NCBI GenBank assembly: GCA_963775685.1
Contig: CAVZJV010000014.1
Location: 800,001 to 864,000, forward strand
DNA: 64,000 bases
Origin: Candidatus Bathyarchaeota archaeon
GTDB taxonomy: Archaea; Thermoproteota; Bathyarchaeia; Bathyarchaeales; Bathycorpusculaceae
Reading direction: 5' to 3'
Under the pieces are notes generated by a model. That model was given only the letters and a program-made list of their open reading frames with translations. It was not told where the DNA came from and searched no databases. The number at the start of each line of letters is the position of its first letter. The stretch's first letter is position 1. Positions 30,831 to 41,049 of the stretch are shown here, in pieces. The translations under genes were made by a program, and so were the position numbers.

Positions 30831-31733
30831 TTAGGTTAAAACTTCGCAACCCTCATCTTTTATCAATAATGTATGCTCGGCTTGAGCCACAGGTTTCTTG
30901 GTTACCTCGACGAAAACAGGATACCCCATAATTGCCTTTGACGCAAATAACTCCTTAAAAGCAGCTTTATGCTGCTCAGCAGGAACAACGCCATTTAGCC
31001 ATCGTTCGGCAAATGGCAGGGTTCGGAAGCTTGTTTCGATGTGCTTGAGCATTTTTTTTGCCGCGTCGCTCTTTGTGGATTTGGCCTTTAGCAAGCGGTA
31101 GATGGTGATTTGGGGTGCGTCTTCCACGATTGCTGTTGCTTCAGGAACTGTAACAAAGGGTTCTATGGCGTAAACTTCGCCTGTTTTGACCTTTGTCAAA
31201 GAAACTTGAGAGATGTTGGGAATGGATGTTCCTGCGTGAATGAGGTATCGTCCAACGCTGTGTCCAGTGAGGTTGCTAATTGGCTTGAAACCGCGGTTTT
31301 TTATGGTTGTTTCGATTAGGCTACCGATTTTTCCCAGCGCCATGTCGCCGTGGATGTTATCTATGACAGTTTTGAGGGCCAGTTCAGCAGTGGCTGCCAT
31401 ACTTCTGCCTTCTGCACCAAAAGCTGCCGTGAACGCGGTGTCGGTCACGTAACCGTCAACTTGCACGCCTAAATCTACTTTGACGGTGGAGCTTTCAGGA
31501 ATCAGCGATATGTCGTTTGGAGGCGAAGTGTAGTGGGCAGCAACCTCATTGATACTGACATTGCAGGGAAACGCTGGTTTACCGCCTTTTTGGCGAATGA
31601 GAGCTTCAGTTTTTTCGCACACGTCAATAATCGGCATGCGTTCCCTAACGTAACTGCGCATTTCTTCTCTGGTTTCGCGAAGGATTTTTCCTGATTGGCG
31701 GAATTTTTCGAGCTCTTCTTTGTCGTAGGGCAT
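30831..31733 (-). CDS. map: Methionine aminopeptidase type II
   Basis: AFPCNVS.NEVAAHYT, KVDLG.QVDGYVTDTA, NLTGH, AIEPF, QAEHT. Confidence 0.96.
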   Translation of the reverse strand: MPYDKEELEKFRQSGKILRETREEMRSYVRERMPIIDVCEKTEALIRQKGGKPAFPCNVSINEVAAHYTSPPNDISLIPESSTVKVDLGVQVDGYVTDTAFTAAFGAEGRSMAATAELALKTVIDNIHGDMALGKIGSLIETTIKNRGFKPISNLTGHSVGRYLIHAGTSIPNISQVSLTKVKTGEVYAIEPFVTVPEATAIVEDAPQITIYRLLKAKSTKSDAAKKMLKHIETSFRTLPFAERWLNGVVPAEQHKAAFKELFASKAIMGYPVFVEVTKKPVAQAEHTLLIKDEGCEVLT

Positions 31734-31880
31734 GGCAATTCACATTCGTATGAAATTGGTTTATGCATCGGATGCTTAAATGCATAACCACCCAAACCTC
31801 TCAATGCTTAGAAAAAACTGCAGACCCTCTTAGGGCCAAACGGTCTTATTTGAAAAGGAGGAATATGCCCTGTGTTTGAA

Positions 31881-32732
31881 CTAAGGCAAAGTATTTTTGG
31901 TCGTTACTTTACGAAGAAGCGCAACCACCACGATCACAAAGCAGGCAATTACCACAGCCATAACTAAAAGGGCAGTTTGTTCCCAGTCAGACCCAGACAG
32001 TATTCCTGTTAGTATGTTTGGTTGGGATGGAGTTGTTGTTGGGTTCTGGGGAGATATTGGGGAAGCGGTTGGTAGGTACGGGTTAAAGGTGGGGTTTGGT
32101 TGGTACGGTTCTATTGTAGGCTGCGGTGTTGATGATGAAGGTGATGGGTTTCCGATTGTTAGTGTTTTTGCGGCGCTCCAGTCGCTTGTGCCAACTGGAA
32201 TAGTTTGAGAGCCAGTGAAACAACTTCCAGAATAAGAATTAGCTGTGTAACTTAAACTGGCTTGCACTTCAAAATCGATTTGGCCTCCCTGAGGTACATT
32301 CCAATATCCAATGTTAAAGGATATAACAGTGTTAGCGGAAGTGGTAGCCTGGATACCACCTTGATTGTGACCACTATTCGCGCTGTCCCAGTCTTCGAAG
32401 TGCCCCTTGGATCGAACATTATAGTATAGGTAGACTGTTTGGTTGCTGCTGGAGTCCTTGTAGGGTGTAAACGGCTGGTTCTTAATAGTAACGTCGATAG
32501 TTCGGTTATCAACATGTTCTCCACCACTGCTATGAGTTATTTGCTCCCCAGTATAGGGGTCTGTAGTAATCCAATGTGTCACGGGAACAACGTAGGAGTG
32601 GTCGACATACGCCACTGTGAATTCTGGTACAGACGGATTTGCGGCTAAAACGCAGGAAGGAGACACCGTTAACATTGCTGAGGCAGACAATATAAAAATG
32701 GCCATTAGCGAGAATTTCTTATTTGGTTTCAT
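31881..32732 (-). CDS. Secreted membrane-anchored hypothetical protein
   Basis: Signal peptide, PSVPEFT, IKNQPF, YYNVR.KGHF, SDWS, P/T linker, TM. Confidence 0.85.
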   Translation of the reverse strand: MKPNKKFSLMAIFILSASAMLTVSPSCVLAANPSVPEFTVAYVDHSYVVPVTHWITTDPYTGEQITHSSGGEHVDNRTIDVTIKNQPFTPYKDSSSNQTVYLYYNVRSKGHFEDWDSANSGHNQGGIQATTSANTVISFNIGYWNVPQGGQIDFEVQASLSYTANSYSGSCFTGSQTIPVGTSDWSAAKTLTIGNPSPSSSTPQPTIEPYQPNPTFNPYLPTASPISPQNPTTTPSQPNILTGILSGSDWEQTALLVMAVVIACFVIVVVALLRKVTTKNTLP

Positions 32733-32847
32733 AGGTTAGTCTTGTGGCAGTTTAAATAAAAAGCTTATAGTAAAGATTCTTTGACTAATCTTAGTCAAAG
32801 TTTCTTAACTGGCAACCTTTTATGCAAAACATTACAAATAACTACCT

Positions 32848-33420
32848 ATGCGAACCAAAATTGCCCTATCACTAATCTGTGTTATACTAACCTCAGGCTT
32901 GATTGCAATACAGCCAGCATTCACCCAAATCAGCCCCAACGTTCCAAACTTCACCTTAAAGCTTGAAGATGACTCGCACACTATAGTTAACGCAACCGGA
33001 ACCTACCACATACAGATAAAGTTCATTGACGTCGTTATAAACAACACCGGAGAACCCTCCAACTACGCAGTCGTAAATGAAACCATCGTTAAACTATACT
33101 ACAACATACGCGTCAAAGATCACGCTCAAGACTGGAGCTCCGCTTTGGTTACGCCTAATCTTGCCCCATCAACATCTGGCTACACGACTATAAAGTTTGG
33201 GCTGGGTAGCACTAATCCTGACCCAGGGGGCTGGAGCATCTGGATAGGCAATATAACCAAGAGCGGTAAGGTAGATATTCAAGTACTAGGGATCGACGGA
33301 TTCTACACAAAACTAACAGATAACCCACCATGCTGGAGAATACCTCAATACAGCGTCTTTAACGAAACTGGGAGAAGCAGCTGGAGCTATACACAAACAA
33401 TAACGATATCAAGCAATTAA
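32848..33420 (+). CDS. Secreted protein, same family as 31881..32732 but lacking anchor
   Basis: PNVPNFT, YYNIRVKDH, SSWS.TQTITI. Confidence 0.78.
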   Translation: MRTKIALSLICVILTSGLIAIQPAFTQISPNVPNFTLKLEDDSHTIVNATGTYHIQIKFIDVVINNTGEPSNYAVVNETIVKLYYNIRVKDHAQDWSSALVTPNLAPSTSGYTTIKFGLGSTNPDPGGWSIWIGNITKSGKVDIQVLGIDGFYTKLTDNPPCWRIPQYSVFNETGRSSWSYTQTITISSN

Positions 33421-34201
33421 ACAACTCAGCAGTAACTCAATAAACTGCAACCCTCGTCAGCATCCGATCTTAAGGCATTCTCCTGAAATTCATTACTCTA
33501 ATGACCGCTGGAAACCCTAATATTGACTTCGATCTTAGAGCTTTTGACATACCTTTACGAGTTACCAAATTGATTTCCTATCAGGATACGAAAAGTGTGT
33601 TTAATTTTTTTAATCTATTTAGCTCTTTTTGGCTTCAGCCAATACAAGGAATCATTACAGTTTTAAACACCAACAAAACAGTGGTGGAAATGACCACAAA
33701 AGCCACAAAAAGCCAATTCTACTTGATGAGACTCACTCTTCAAACTGCCTTAAAACTTATTTTTCTAAATTAACAACGATTGTTATTCGATCCACATGAC
33801 ACCAATTACCTTACCAATAAACCAAGTCCACAAGAGGCTAATGCAACGTCAGACCACAAAGCCAAAAATCATGCCCAAATCCTCAGCTGATAGCAATGCA
33901 AAGAATGTTAATTCTTCAAACTCCTTGTTTGTGGAAACTACCGCATGATATTTGGTCTTAAGAAAATATTATTTGGAGTTGAGCGTTTATTCGGTAACTT
34001 CTTTGAATGTTACGTAGGTTTCTGTTGGTATCGTTTTTTGTGTTATCTTGTATTTTTTGTTCTTTTTGTTTGTCATAGACAAATTTAAGACGAGATTAAC
34101 GCTTTATAAGTTGTGTTTACCTTGCGCTTGTTCTGCCATTTCTTGGATCTTGAAAAAAATCTGTCTGTTAAGCGGGAAAGGGAAGCGATATTTTTTCCAG
34201 G

Positions 34202-34765
34202 TTAAGATTTGTAGAGTTTTGGGTCAAGAAGCGCGAAGTTGTTCCCACCTGCGTGGTAGAGCATTCGGACGCGTTTGAGATCGTAGCCCCCCTCTGTGAA
34301 TACGCCATTGTCTGCGTAAGCTTCGAGGATTTTGCCAACGAATATGGTGTGGTCGCCTGTAGTGAATTGCCCGTCGACTTCGCATTCGAGGTGGGCGATG
34401 CATTCGCGGATGGCTGGTGCCTTGACTTTCTTGCTAGGCATCGGTGTGAGGTTTGCTTTTTTGAATTTGTCAAAGCTTCTTCCGGTTAAGGATCCGCAAG
34501 CGTAAACCGCTTGTAGAATTTCTATTGTAGGAACGTTTACGACAAATTCGCCGGATTCTGCGATGAGGGTATGGGTGTGGCGGGTGGGTGCGAGACTTAT
34601 GGCTATCAACGGCGGGTTGCCCGAGGTTGGCATTACCCACGCTACTGTGGTAACATTAGCTTTGCCTGTTTTTCCGACGGCTGAAACCAGCACAGTATGC
34701 ATGGGATGAAGCAACCTGGTTACGGAGTTAATGTTTACTGTTGTTTTCGCCGACACCTTTGTCAC
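34202..34765 (-). CDS. Flavin reductase-like FMN-binding protein
   Basis: WVMPTS..PP, GEFVVNVP, DKF, LECEV..TGDHTIFVG. Confidence 0.92.
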   Translation of the reverse strand: MTKVSAKTTVNINSVTRLLHPMHTVLVSAVGKTGKANVTTVAWVMPTSGNPPLIAISLAPTRHTHTLIAESGEFVVNVPTIEILQAVYACGSLTGRSFDKFKKANLTPMPSKKVKAPAIRECIAHLECEVDGQFTTGDHTIFVGKILEAYADNGVFTEGGYDLKRVRMLYHAGGNNFALLDPKLYKS

Positions 34766-34852
34766 CTTGTTATGTTTATTGCGTGGGGTTGGAAGTTATT
34801 TTGTTTTTCTATTGCGCAGGAGGTTGTCTTCGAAAATTTATTTCCTTTTCTG

Positions 34853-36403
34853 TCAATGCCCCTCAACCTTGTGAATTACACTGATTATCAGCTTCCCATG
34901 GGCAGTTTTCACTAAGCTCATTCGCAGATGAATCGGGACTTTCTCTTGGTTCTTAGTGATTTGGTCCGTGTGGAGGTCAATGCGCTCGGTTTCTTGCAGT
35001 TTTTCCATAAGTGTTTTCTTTACCTCTTCGGGAACCTGAAGAACCGTCAACAAGTTCAAGTTCATCAATTCGTTACAGGGATAACCGAATAGGTTGCACG
35101 CAGCAAGGTTTGCGTAAACGAAGTCTCCCTTCAAATTCGCCAAAAAGATGGCTTCGCTTAGGTTGTCCAAAATCATTGCTCTAAACTGCAAGCCCTCTTC
35201 GTTTTTGCGGCGGTCCATGATTTCCAGAGTTAGCGTCTTATTGGACTCTGCGTATTCCGCCGTGCGCCTTGCCACAACCTCTTCAAGGCGTTGATTGTAG
35301 CTGCTTAGCTCTTGCTCAAGTTCTTTACGTTTTGTAATGTTTTCGAATATAGCGACGAAATGTTCTTTTTTGGGACCATACACAGAGATGTTAAACCATC
35401 TGCTTAGTGGCCTAAAATAAACCTCAAAGCTTTCCGTTTTTCCTGTCTTTGCAACTCTACCATATATCTCAAAAATTTCAGGGTTCGCTTCTCTGGTCCC
35501 GGGAATAACCTCAGAAACACGCCGCCCAACAACCGCCTCCCGCTTCAATCCGGTAAGCTTCTCGAAGCCAACATTGATTTCCAGATAAACAAAATCGACA
35601 GGCTCATCTTTTTGGTCAAAAATCATTCGGCAGTAAGCGTACCCGTTTATCATGTTTTCAAATAGACTGCGGTATTTTTCTTCGCTTAACTTAAGATCCT
35701 CTTCTGCTTGTTTCTTTTGGTCAACGTTTATAGCAATAACTCGAATTCTGGGTCCTATGGGAATATAGGAGAACTGTTGCAGGTACCAGTGGTCACCAAG
35801 ACATATTTCGCGGCCAAAAGAGTAATCTATTGAGATTTTGCCTTTAAAAGCTGAAATGACGTTTATCCAGTCAGAGAAGAATGGTTGGTCTAAACCTTTT
35901 TGCTCGATGTTTGGGAACACTTTTTTGGCTGCAGGGTTAGTGTAGGTTATCTTGCCTTCGAAGTCCGCCTCAATTACGGGGTTAGGGATGAAAGAAGGAA
36001 AAGACGCCAGCCGGATGTATCTTTCTTCGATGAGTTTACGGTCAGTTATATCTTGCCCGGAAAAAACTGCCCCGTTAAAAACGCCATCTTCAACCTTAAC
36101 AGGCAAAATATGCCAGTTGATGATGCGTTCTTTTCCACTTCTAGTTAAAATCGGCTTATCCATATGTCCCCTTTGAAATGTACCGTTTAGAAGCTGATGA
36201 AAAGACATTCTCATCTCTTCTTTGGAGCCCTGGGGCATGAAGTTATTAAACCAGTTCTTCCCAACAACGTCGCCTTTTATGTACCCCAATACTTCACAGC
36301 CCCGCGGGTTAATGTTAGAAACGGTTTCATCACTTCCAACAAAAACAACTAAGAGGTCTTCCAAATTTAATTGGAAGGTTTCCATTTCATTTTTTTCTGA
36401 CAT
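34853..36403 (-). CDS. Multi-PAS sensor protein with coiled coil and no output domain
   Basis: Four PAS-like segments (GQDITDRK, PNPVIE, FENITKRK, YANLAAC); no HisKA/HATPase; start overlaps glgP stop. Confidence 0.85.
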   Translation of the reverse strand: MSEKNEMETFQLNLEDLLVVFVGSDETVSNINPRGCEVLGYIKGDVVGKNWFNNFMPQGSKEEMRMSFHQLLNGTFQRGHMDKPILTRSGKERIINWHILPVKVEDGVFNGAVFSGQDITDRKLIEERYIRLASFPSFIPNPVIEADFEGKITYTNPAAKKVFPNIEQKGLDQPFFSDWINVISAFKGKISIDYSFGREICLGDHWYLQQFSYIPIGPRIRVIAINVDQKKQAEEDLKLSEEKYRSLFENMINGYAYCRMIFDQKDEPVDFVYLEINVGFEKLTGLKREAVVGRRVSEVIPGTREANPEIFEIYGRVAKTGKTESFEVYFRPLSRWFNISVYGPKKEHFVAIFENITKRKELEQELSSYNQRLEEVVARRTAEYAESNKTLTLEIMDRRKNEEGLQFRAMILDNLSEAIFLANLKGDFVYANLAACNLFGYPCNELMNLNLLTVLQVPEEVKKTLMEKLQETERIDLHTDQITKNQEKVPIHLRMSLVKTAHGKLIISVIHKVEGH

Positions 36404-38577
36404 TAAATTTTCTCCTTTTCAATTAACCGGTTACTTGAAGTTGCCAATTCTGAAGCCGGAAGATACATTTGCTCAACATATTGCTTCATCATTCGGCATG
36501 CGTTGAATTCGGGATTAATAGTTTTGATAGCTTCCTTGGCGACTCCAATCCAGCCATGCGGGATTCCCTTGCGGTCGCGATCATAAAACAGGGGTACTAT
36601 TCTGTTTTCCAAAAGCCCATATAATGTTTCAGCGTCCGTCTTGTCTTCTTCCTCAGGAGTTCCACCCTTAAAGGTATCGATGGCCCAGCCATTACTGCCG
36701 TTAAAAGCTTCATCCCACCATCCGTCGCGCACGCTTAAGTTGATAACGCCGTTCATCGAAGCTTTCATGCCGCTTGTTCCACATGCTTCCTGCAATCGCC
36801 TAGGCGTATTTAACCAGACATCGACCCCTCGAACTAAATCTCTTGCAAGGTTAAGGTCATAATCTTCCACAAAGACAATTCGCCCCTGAAACCGCTTATC
36901 CAAAGCCACTTCGTAAACTCTTTTTAGTAGTTCCTTTGAGGCATAATCAGCTGGGTGAGATTTGCCGCCGAAAATTATCTGCACTGGCCGGAGCGGGTCA
37001 GTAACTATCTTTTTAAGCCTTTCCATATCCGTTAAAAGCAGATAAGGGCGTTTGTACTGAGCAAATCGACGTGTAAACGCAAGGGTTAAGGTGTAAGGAT
37101 CCAGCAACGCGCCCATCGCAAGAACCTGCTGAGTAGAAATTCCATCTCTCATTAAACGTAACTGCGCGCGATCCTGAATTGCTCTTATAAGTCGACCCTT
37201 GAGCAGTTGATGTACATTCCAAAATTCTTCATCAGAAATGTTTGCAATGTGTTCCCAGAACTTCTCTTCATATTGACTTGGTAAGGCGTTTTGGGTTTGT
37301 TTTTCAAAAAGTTCTGAGATTTCGGCTGCTCGCCAACTCGGCGAATGAACGCCGTTAGTTATGCTTAAAATTGGAACGTCTTCCAAAGCCTTTTCCGGGT
37401 AAATGGCGCGCCACATTTTCCGCGCAACCAAACCATGCAGTTTGCTAACTGCATTGGCCTGACCTGACATTCGTAGTGCAAAAGCAGTTAAACTAAATCT
37501 TTCCCAACCTACCCCCTCGAAATATCCAAGTTTTAAGAAGGTCTCGCGGTCAATGCCAAGTGTTTCCCAAAAATTTTGGGCGTAACGATTCATGAGTGTG
37601 TAGGGGAAAATGTGGTGTCCTGCGGGAACGGGAGTGTGGGTTGTGAAAACCGTAGTTTGACGCACTTTTTCGGTTGCTTCTTTTAAAGGAGTTCCGATGG
37701 CGCGTTCTTCTCGGAGCCGTTCCAGCATCATGAATGCTGTGTGGTCTTCATTTGCATGCCAAATCGTTGGTTTTATTTTCAGCGCCCGCAGGGTGCGCAC
37801 TCCACCTATGCCTAATACAATAAGTTGCCGCAGTCGCTCTTCTTGGTCCGCAGTATAGAGACGAGCCGAGAGCCCTCTGTCTTCGAGGCGATTATCGCTT
37901 ATGTTGGTGTCAAGCAAATACAGGTTGACCCGCCCCACGCGGGCTTGCCAAACTTGGAGAAATACTTGGCGGTTGCCAAGCGGAACTTGAATCAATGGAC
38001 CGCATCCTTGAGGCCAAGCACATGCAGAAATTGGTGCTTCAGTAAAATCCAGCTGCGTGTAGGCTTCTTCTTGCCAACCATCGGCGGAAACGCGTTGGCG
38101 GAAGTATCCTTGTGGATACATAAATCCAACGGCGACCAGCGGTATTCCAATGTCCGAGGCTTGTTTGCAGATGTCCCCAGCTAAAACACCTAATCCACCA
38201 GCGTAGATGGGCAAAGAATTGTGGATGGCGTATTCAGCAGAAAAATAAGCAATTTGCCCCTCAACATCGTTGGGCATGTTTTTTCCACACCAATCCTTCT
38301 TGTTTGACATATAATTATCAAACTTTACCATTATCGAATCATATAGATCAAGAAAAGCGGGGTCTCTACCCGCAGCCTCTAGTTTGAGTGGGTTTATGTC
38401 TCTTAGTTGTTTAACGGGGTTATGGCCGCTTGCCCTCCACAACTCGTAGTCAAGAGACCGAAATAGCTGACGCCCCTCCTCATCCCAACTCCACCAAAGA
38501 TTCTTGGCAAGCTCAGGTAATCTTCCAATCCGCTTAGGGATAAGTTGAAGTATTTCTTGATCGTCCGAAAGTTCCAT
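36403..38577 (-). CDS. glgP: Alpha-glucan (glycogen/maltodextrin) phosphorylase, long form
   Basis: NLWWSW, YFSAEY, YAGGLGVLAGD, RRFAQYKR, EACGTSGMKA. Confidence 0.95.
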   Translation of the reverse strand: MELSDDQEILQLIPKRIGRLPELAKNLWWSWDEEGRQLFRSLDYELWRASGHNPVKQLRDINPLKLEAAGRDPAFLDLYDSIMVKFDNYMSNKKDWCGKNMPNDVEGQIAYFSAEYAIHNSLPIYAGGLGVLAGDICKQASDIGIPLVAVGFMYPQGYFRQRVSADGWQEEAYTQLDFTEAPISACAWPQGCGPLIQVPLGNRQVFLQVWQARVGRVNLYLLDTNISDNRLEDRGLSARLYTADQEERLRQLIVLGIGGVRTLRALKIKPTIWHANEDHTAFMMLERLREERAIGTPLKEATEKVRQTTVFTTHTPVPAGHHIFPYTLMNRYAQNFWETLGIDRETFLKLGYFEGVGWERFSLTAFALRMSGQANAVSKLHGLVARKMWRAIYPEKALEDVPILSITNGVHSPSWRAAEISELFEKQTQNALPSQYEEKFWEHIANISDEEFWNVHQLLKGRLIRAIQDRAQLRLMRDGISTQQVLAMGALLDPYTLTLAFTRRFAQYKRPYLLLTDMERLKKIVTDPLRPVQIIFGGKSHPADYASKELLKRVYEVALDKRFQGRIVFVEDYDLNLARDLVRGVDVWLNTPRRLQEACGTSGMKASMNGVINLSVRDGWWDEAFNGSNGWAIDTFKGGTPEEEDKTDAETLYGLLENRIVPLFYDRDRKGIPHGWIGVAKEAIKTINPEFNACRMMKQYVEQMYLPASELATSSNRLIEKEKI

Positions 38578-38883
38578 CTTGATTTACTCCTTGCTTAGTG
38601 GCGAACCGCCGCTTTTTTCTTGAGATTAAACAAAAATGTTAACGGTGAACATTCTTCTGGTGTACTTTTCACAAAGCTATAACGTTTTTTGATATTTATA
38701 GTTTGATATCAGCAATCCTTTCGTTCCACAAGTTTGGGTGTTCTATGCAGACTGGATTCTTTAAAGAAGAATGCTCAAAAACAATGTTCAAAGGCTTGTT
38801 TTTTTAGGAGAGATACTAAAATACGATGATTTTCAATGTTATAATTCTCTGTTAAATTAGTTAACAGTCTGGAGGGAATTAAT

Positions 38884-39390
38884 TTGAAGGTTGAAATAAT
38901 TCGCAAAGCAATTAAACATATATGTGCTTTTCACAATCACTTTAAGAACTTCGAGAATGTCGATGCGGTTCGACATATTTTTGGTGACAAAACCAAGAGC
39001 ACTCTATCGAATCTGGAAATTGAATTTACTAATTCAACAATCTATATGAGTGTTGACAATGAAGGTCGGCTTTTAATTAATCCGCGTTATCTTGAATCTG
39101 GAAAATTTACGGACATCTACCTTGATGTCGTTCACGAGTTAGTCCACGTCAAGCAGGTCCTAAACGGCAAGAACTGTAACCATGCATTGCCATATGTTGA
39201 GCGACCTTTGGAAATAGAGGCGTATGGCGTAGCAGTAGATGAAGCAAGGGCTTTAGGCTTAAATGAACTCCGAATTATTGATTATTTGGAATCTGACTTG
39301 ATTAATGCTGACGAACTTAGACAGTTGGCAGCAACCTTAGGCATCAATTGCGGACAAGAAGATGACTCGCAATCTGAGTGCAACGGTTAA
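38884..39390 (+). CDS. Small zincin-like metallopeptidase-domain protein
   Basis: VHELVH..Q and downstream YVERPLEIEAY. Confidence 0.7.
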   Translation: MKVEIIRKAIKHICAFHNHFKNFENVDAVRHIFGDKTKSTLSNLEIEFTNSTIYMSVDNEGRLLINPRYLESGKFTDIYLDVVHELVHVKQVLNGKNCNHALPYVERPLEIEAYGVAVDEARALGLNELRIIDYLESDLINADELRQLAATLGINCGQEDDSQSECNG

Positions 39391-39398
39391 CCTTTCAT

Positions 39399-40547
39399 CT
39401 ATTTCCGTTTTATGCTATATTGCTCGATTACGTCTTTTGCTTTTTCTCTTCGTTCCTGATGGTGCTTTAGGAAAGCGTTGAGTTTTTCTGCTATATCTTT
39501 TTTGCATTCGCCACAGAGCATTTCTCCTCCGCGACATCTGCGTTCTCGCTCCGCCAGTTTGGATGAATCTTCTTCGAAGAGGAAGAAGTAGTATTGGAAA
39601 ATGCTGCAGACAGAAGGATCAGCACCCCCTTTACGTTGTTCCGCCGCGGTGCCTTTGCCGCCTGTGAAGGCGTTCCAGATTTTCTTTTTAACTACATCGG
39701 GCTGGTCCACGGTGAATATGCTAGTTTCGGGCACGCTGGCACTCATTTTTCCACCTGCCCCAAGTCCAGGTAAGAAGCGGCAATGAATCTGTGCTGGCTT
39801 ATAGTACCCGAGTTTTTGGGCCACGTCGCGTGTTACGCGCCAGTAAGGGTCTTGGTCGATAGCTGCTGGAATCAATGCAGGGACGTTTTCGCCTGTAAGT
39901 TTTTTGTGGATAAAGCAGGGTGAAGCTTGGATGGCAGGCCAGAAGACCCAGCCGATGTTAGTGCTGTCTTGGAACCCAAACGAACTGCGGGCGGTGCTGT
40001 AGGTTATGCGTTTGGCAACTTCTAAGGTGATGTCGTAGAGAAGGTCGATGTCTTTTGTGTCGTAAATTATGAATGTGTCCTCGTGTTTGAATCCCAATGC
40101 AATGAGGTCCAACGCGTTTTCGTAGCTCCATTTGGCGGTGTTTTTGAGGTCGGAGTTGTCGCTGATTAAGTATTTTTCGTCGTCTGTTATCTGGAAGTAG
40201 AGTCGGGTTTTGAATTTTTGTTGAATATGAAGGGTAAATATCCATGGAACAAGGTGCCCGATGTGGACAGGCCCAGATGGTCCTCTGCCTGTGTAGAGGA
40301 CAAATTTTGTGCCTTTATCGTATAAGTCCAATACGGTGTCTAAGTCGCGGTGGCTAAAGAAAATCTGCCTCTCCAGCTGAAGATGCAGTTTGTCTGTGTG
40401 GTTTTCTATGCGCTTAAGGAGTTGGGATGTGAGGGTTTGGGTACCGAATTCCTTTATGAGGCGTTGATAGTCTACTTTGCCTTTAACTTCCCAAGGGGTA
40501 ACTACCATTTCATTGTTGTTTTCTTCAGCGTTCGCCGTTGTGTTCAC
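39399..40547 (-). CDS. trpS: Tryptophan--tRNA ligase
   Basis: VTPWEV, YTGRGPSG..HIGH, AIDQDPYWR, KMSAS; start placed at GTG 40547 below TATA-like box at ~40580. Confidence 0.96.
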   Translation of the reverse strand: MNTTANAEENNNEMVVTPWEVKGKVDYQRLIKEFGTQTLTSQLLKRIENHTDKLHLQLERQIFFSHRDLDTVLDLYDKGTKFVLYTGRGPSGPVHIGHLVPWIFTLHIQQKFKTRLYFQITDDEKYLISDNSDLKNTAKWSYENALDLIALGFKHEDTFIIYDTKDIDLLYDITLEVAKRITYSTARSSFGFQDSTNIGWVFWPAIQASPCFIHKKLTGENVPALIPAAIDQDPYWRVTRDVAQKLGYYKPAQIHCRFLPGLGAGGKMSASVPETSIFTVDQPDVVKKKIWNAFTGGKGTAAEQRKGGADPSVCSIFQYYFFLFEEDSSKLAERERRCRGGEMLCGECKKDIAEKLNAFLKHHQERREKAKDVIEQYSIKRK

Positions 40548-41049
40548 CGTCTTTTTAACAAGAAAGGTTGTGTTTGTTGATATATGTTTTTTTGCAGTTT
40601 GAGGTTTGTTGTTGTTTTGGAAATGAATTCGGTCTTGCATTTTTTTAGTAGCTGTTGCAATGTTCTCTTAGACACAACAACAACAACCAGCAGGTTGCAG
40701 AGAACAGTGCATTTTTCTTCAGCGTCAGGTGTGGGTTGCAGAAGGTTGTGCATTGACGCCGTATACTGAGTAGGAGCCGTAGCTTCAAAGGCCGCTGTGA
40801 GATTATTGATGCCGCAAGCATTGTCGGAGATAGGTAAATTTGAAAGTTGGCGAAACTAAATTTAGAGCGAAAGCTTTAGTTGAACAATTTTGCCCCCAAA
40901 ACAGTTTTGACTGCAGCTGCCAACGTCGCCCTTGTCTTTGCAGTCACCCATATTTTCTCTAAGAGGCAAGCTTTCTCTAAACCGCCGCAAAAATGGGCAG
41001 ACCCCCGGCAAGCCCGAAAAATAGTTAGGCATGTCGCATGCTTACTACT

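Noticed and set aside
33421-34200. Short ORFs in spacer
   Set aside because: No recognisable motifs; probably decayed sequence
40548-40640. N-terminal extension of trpS in ORF track
   Set aside because: Low-complexity translation across the likely promoter; GTG 40547 preferred
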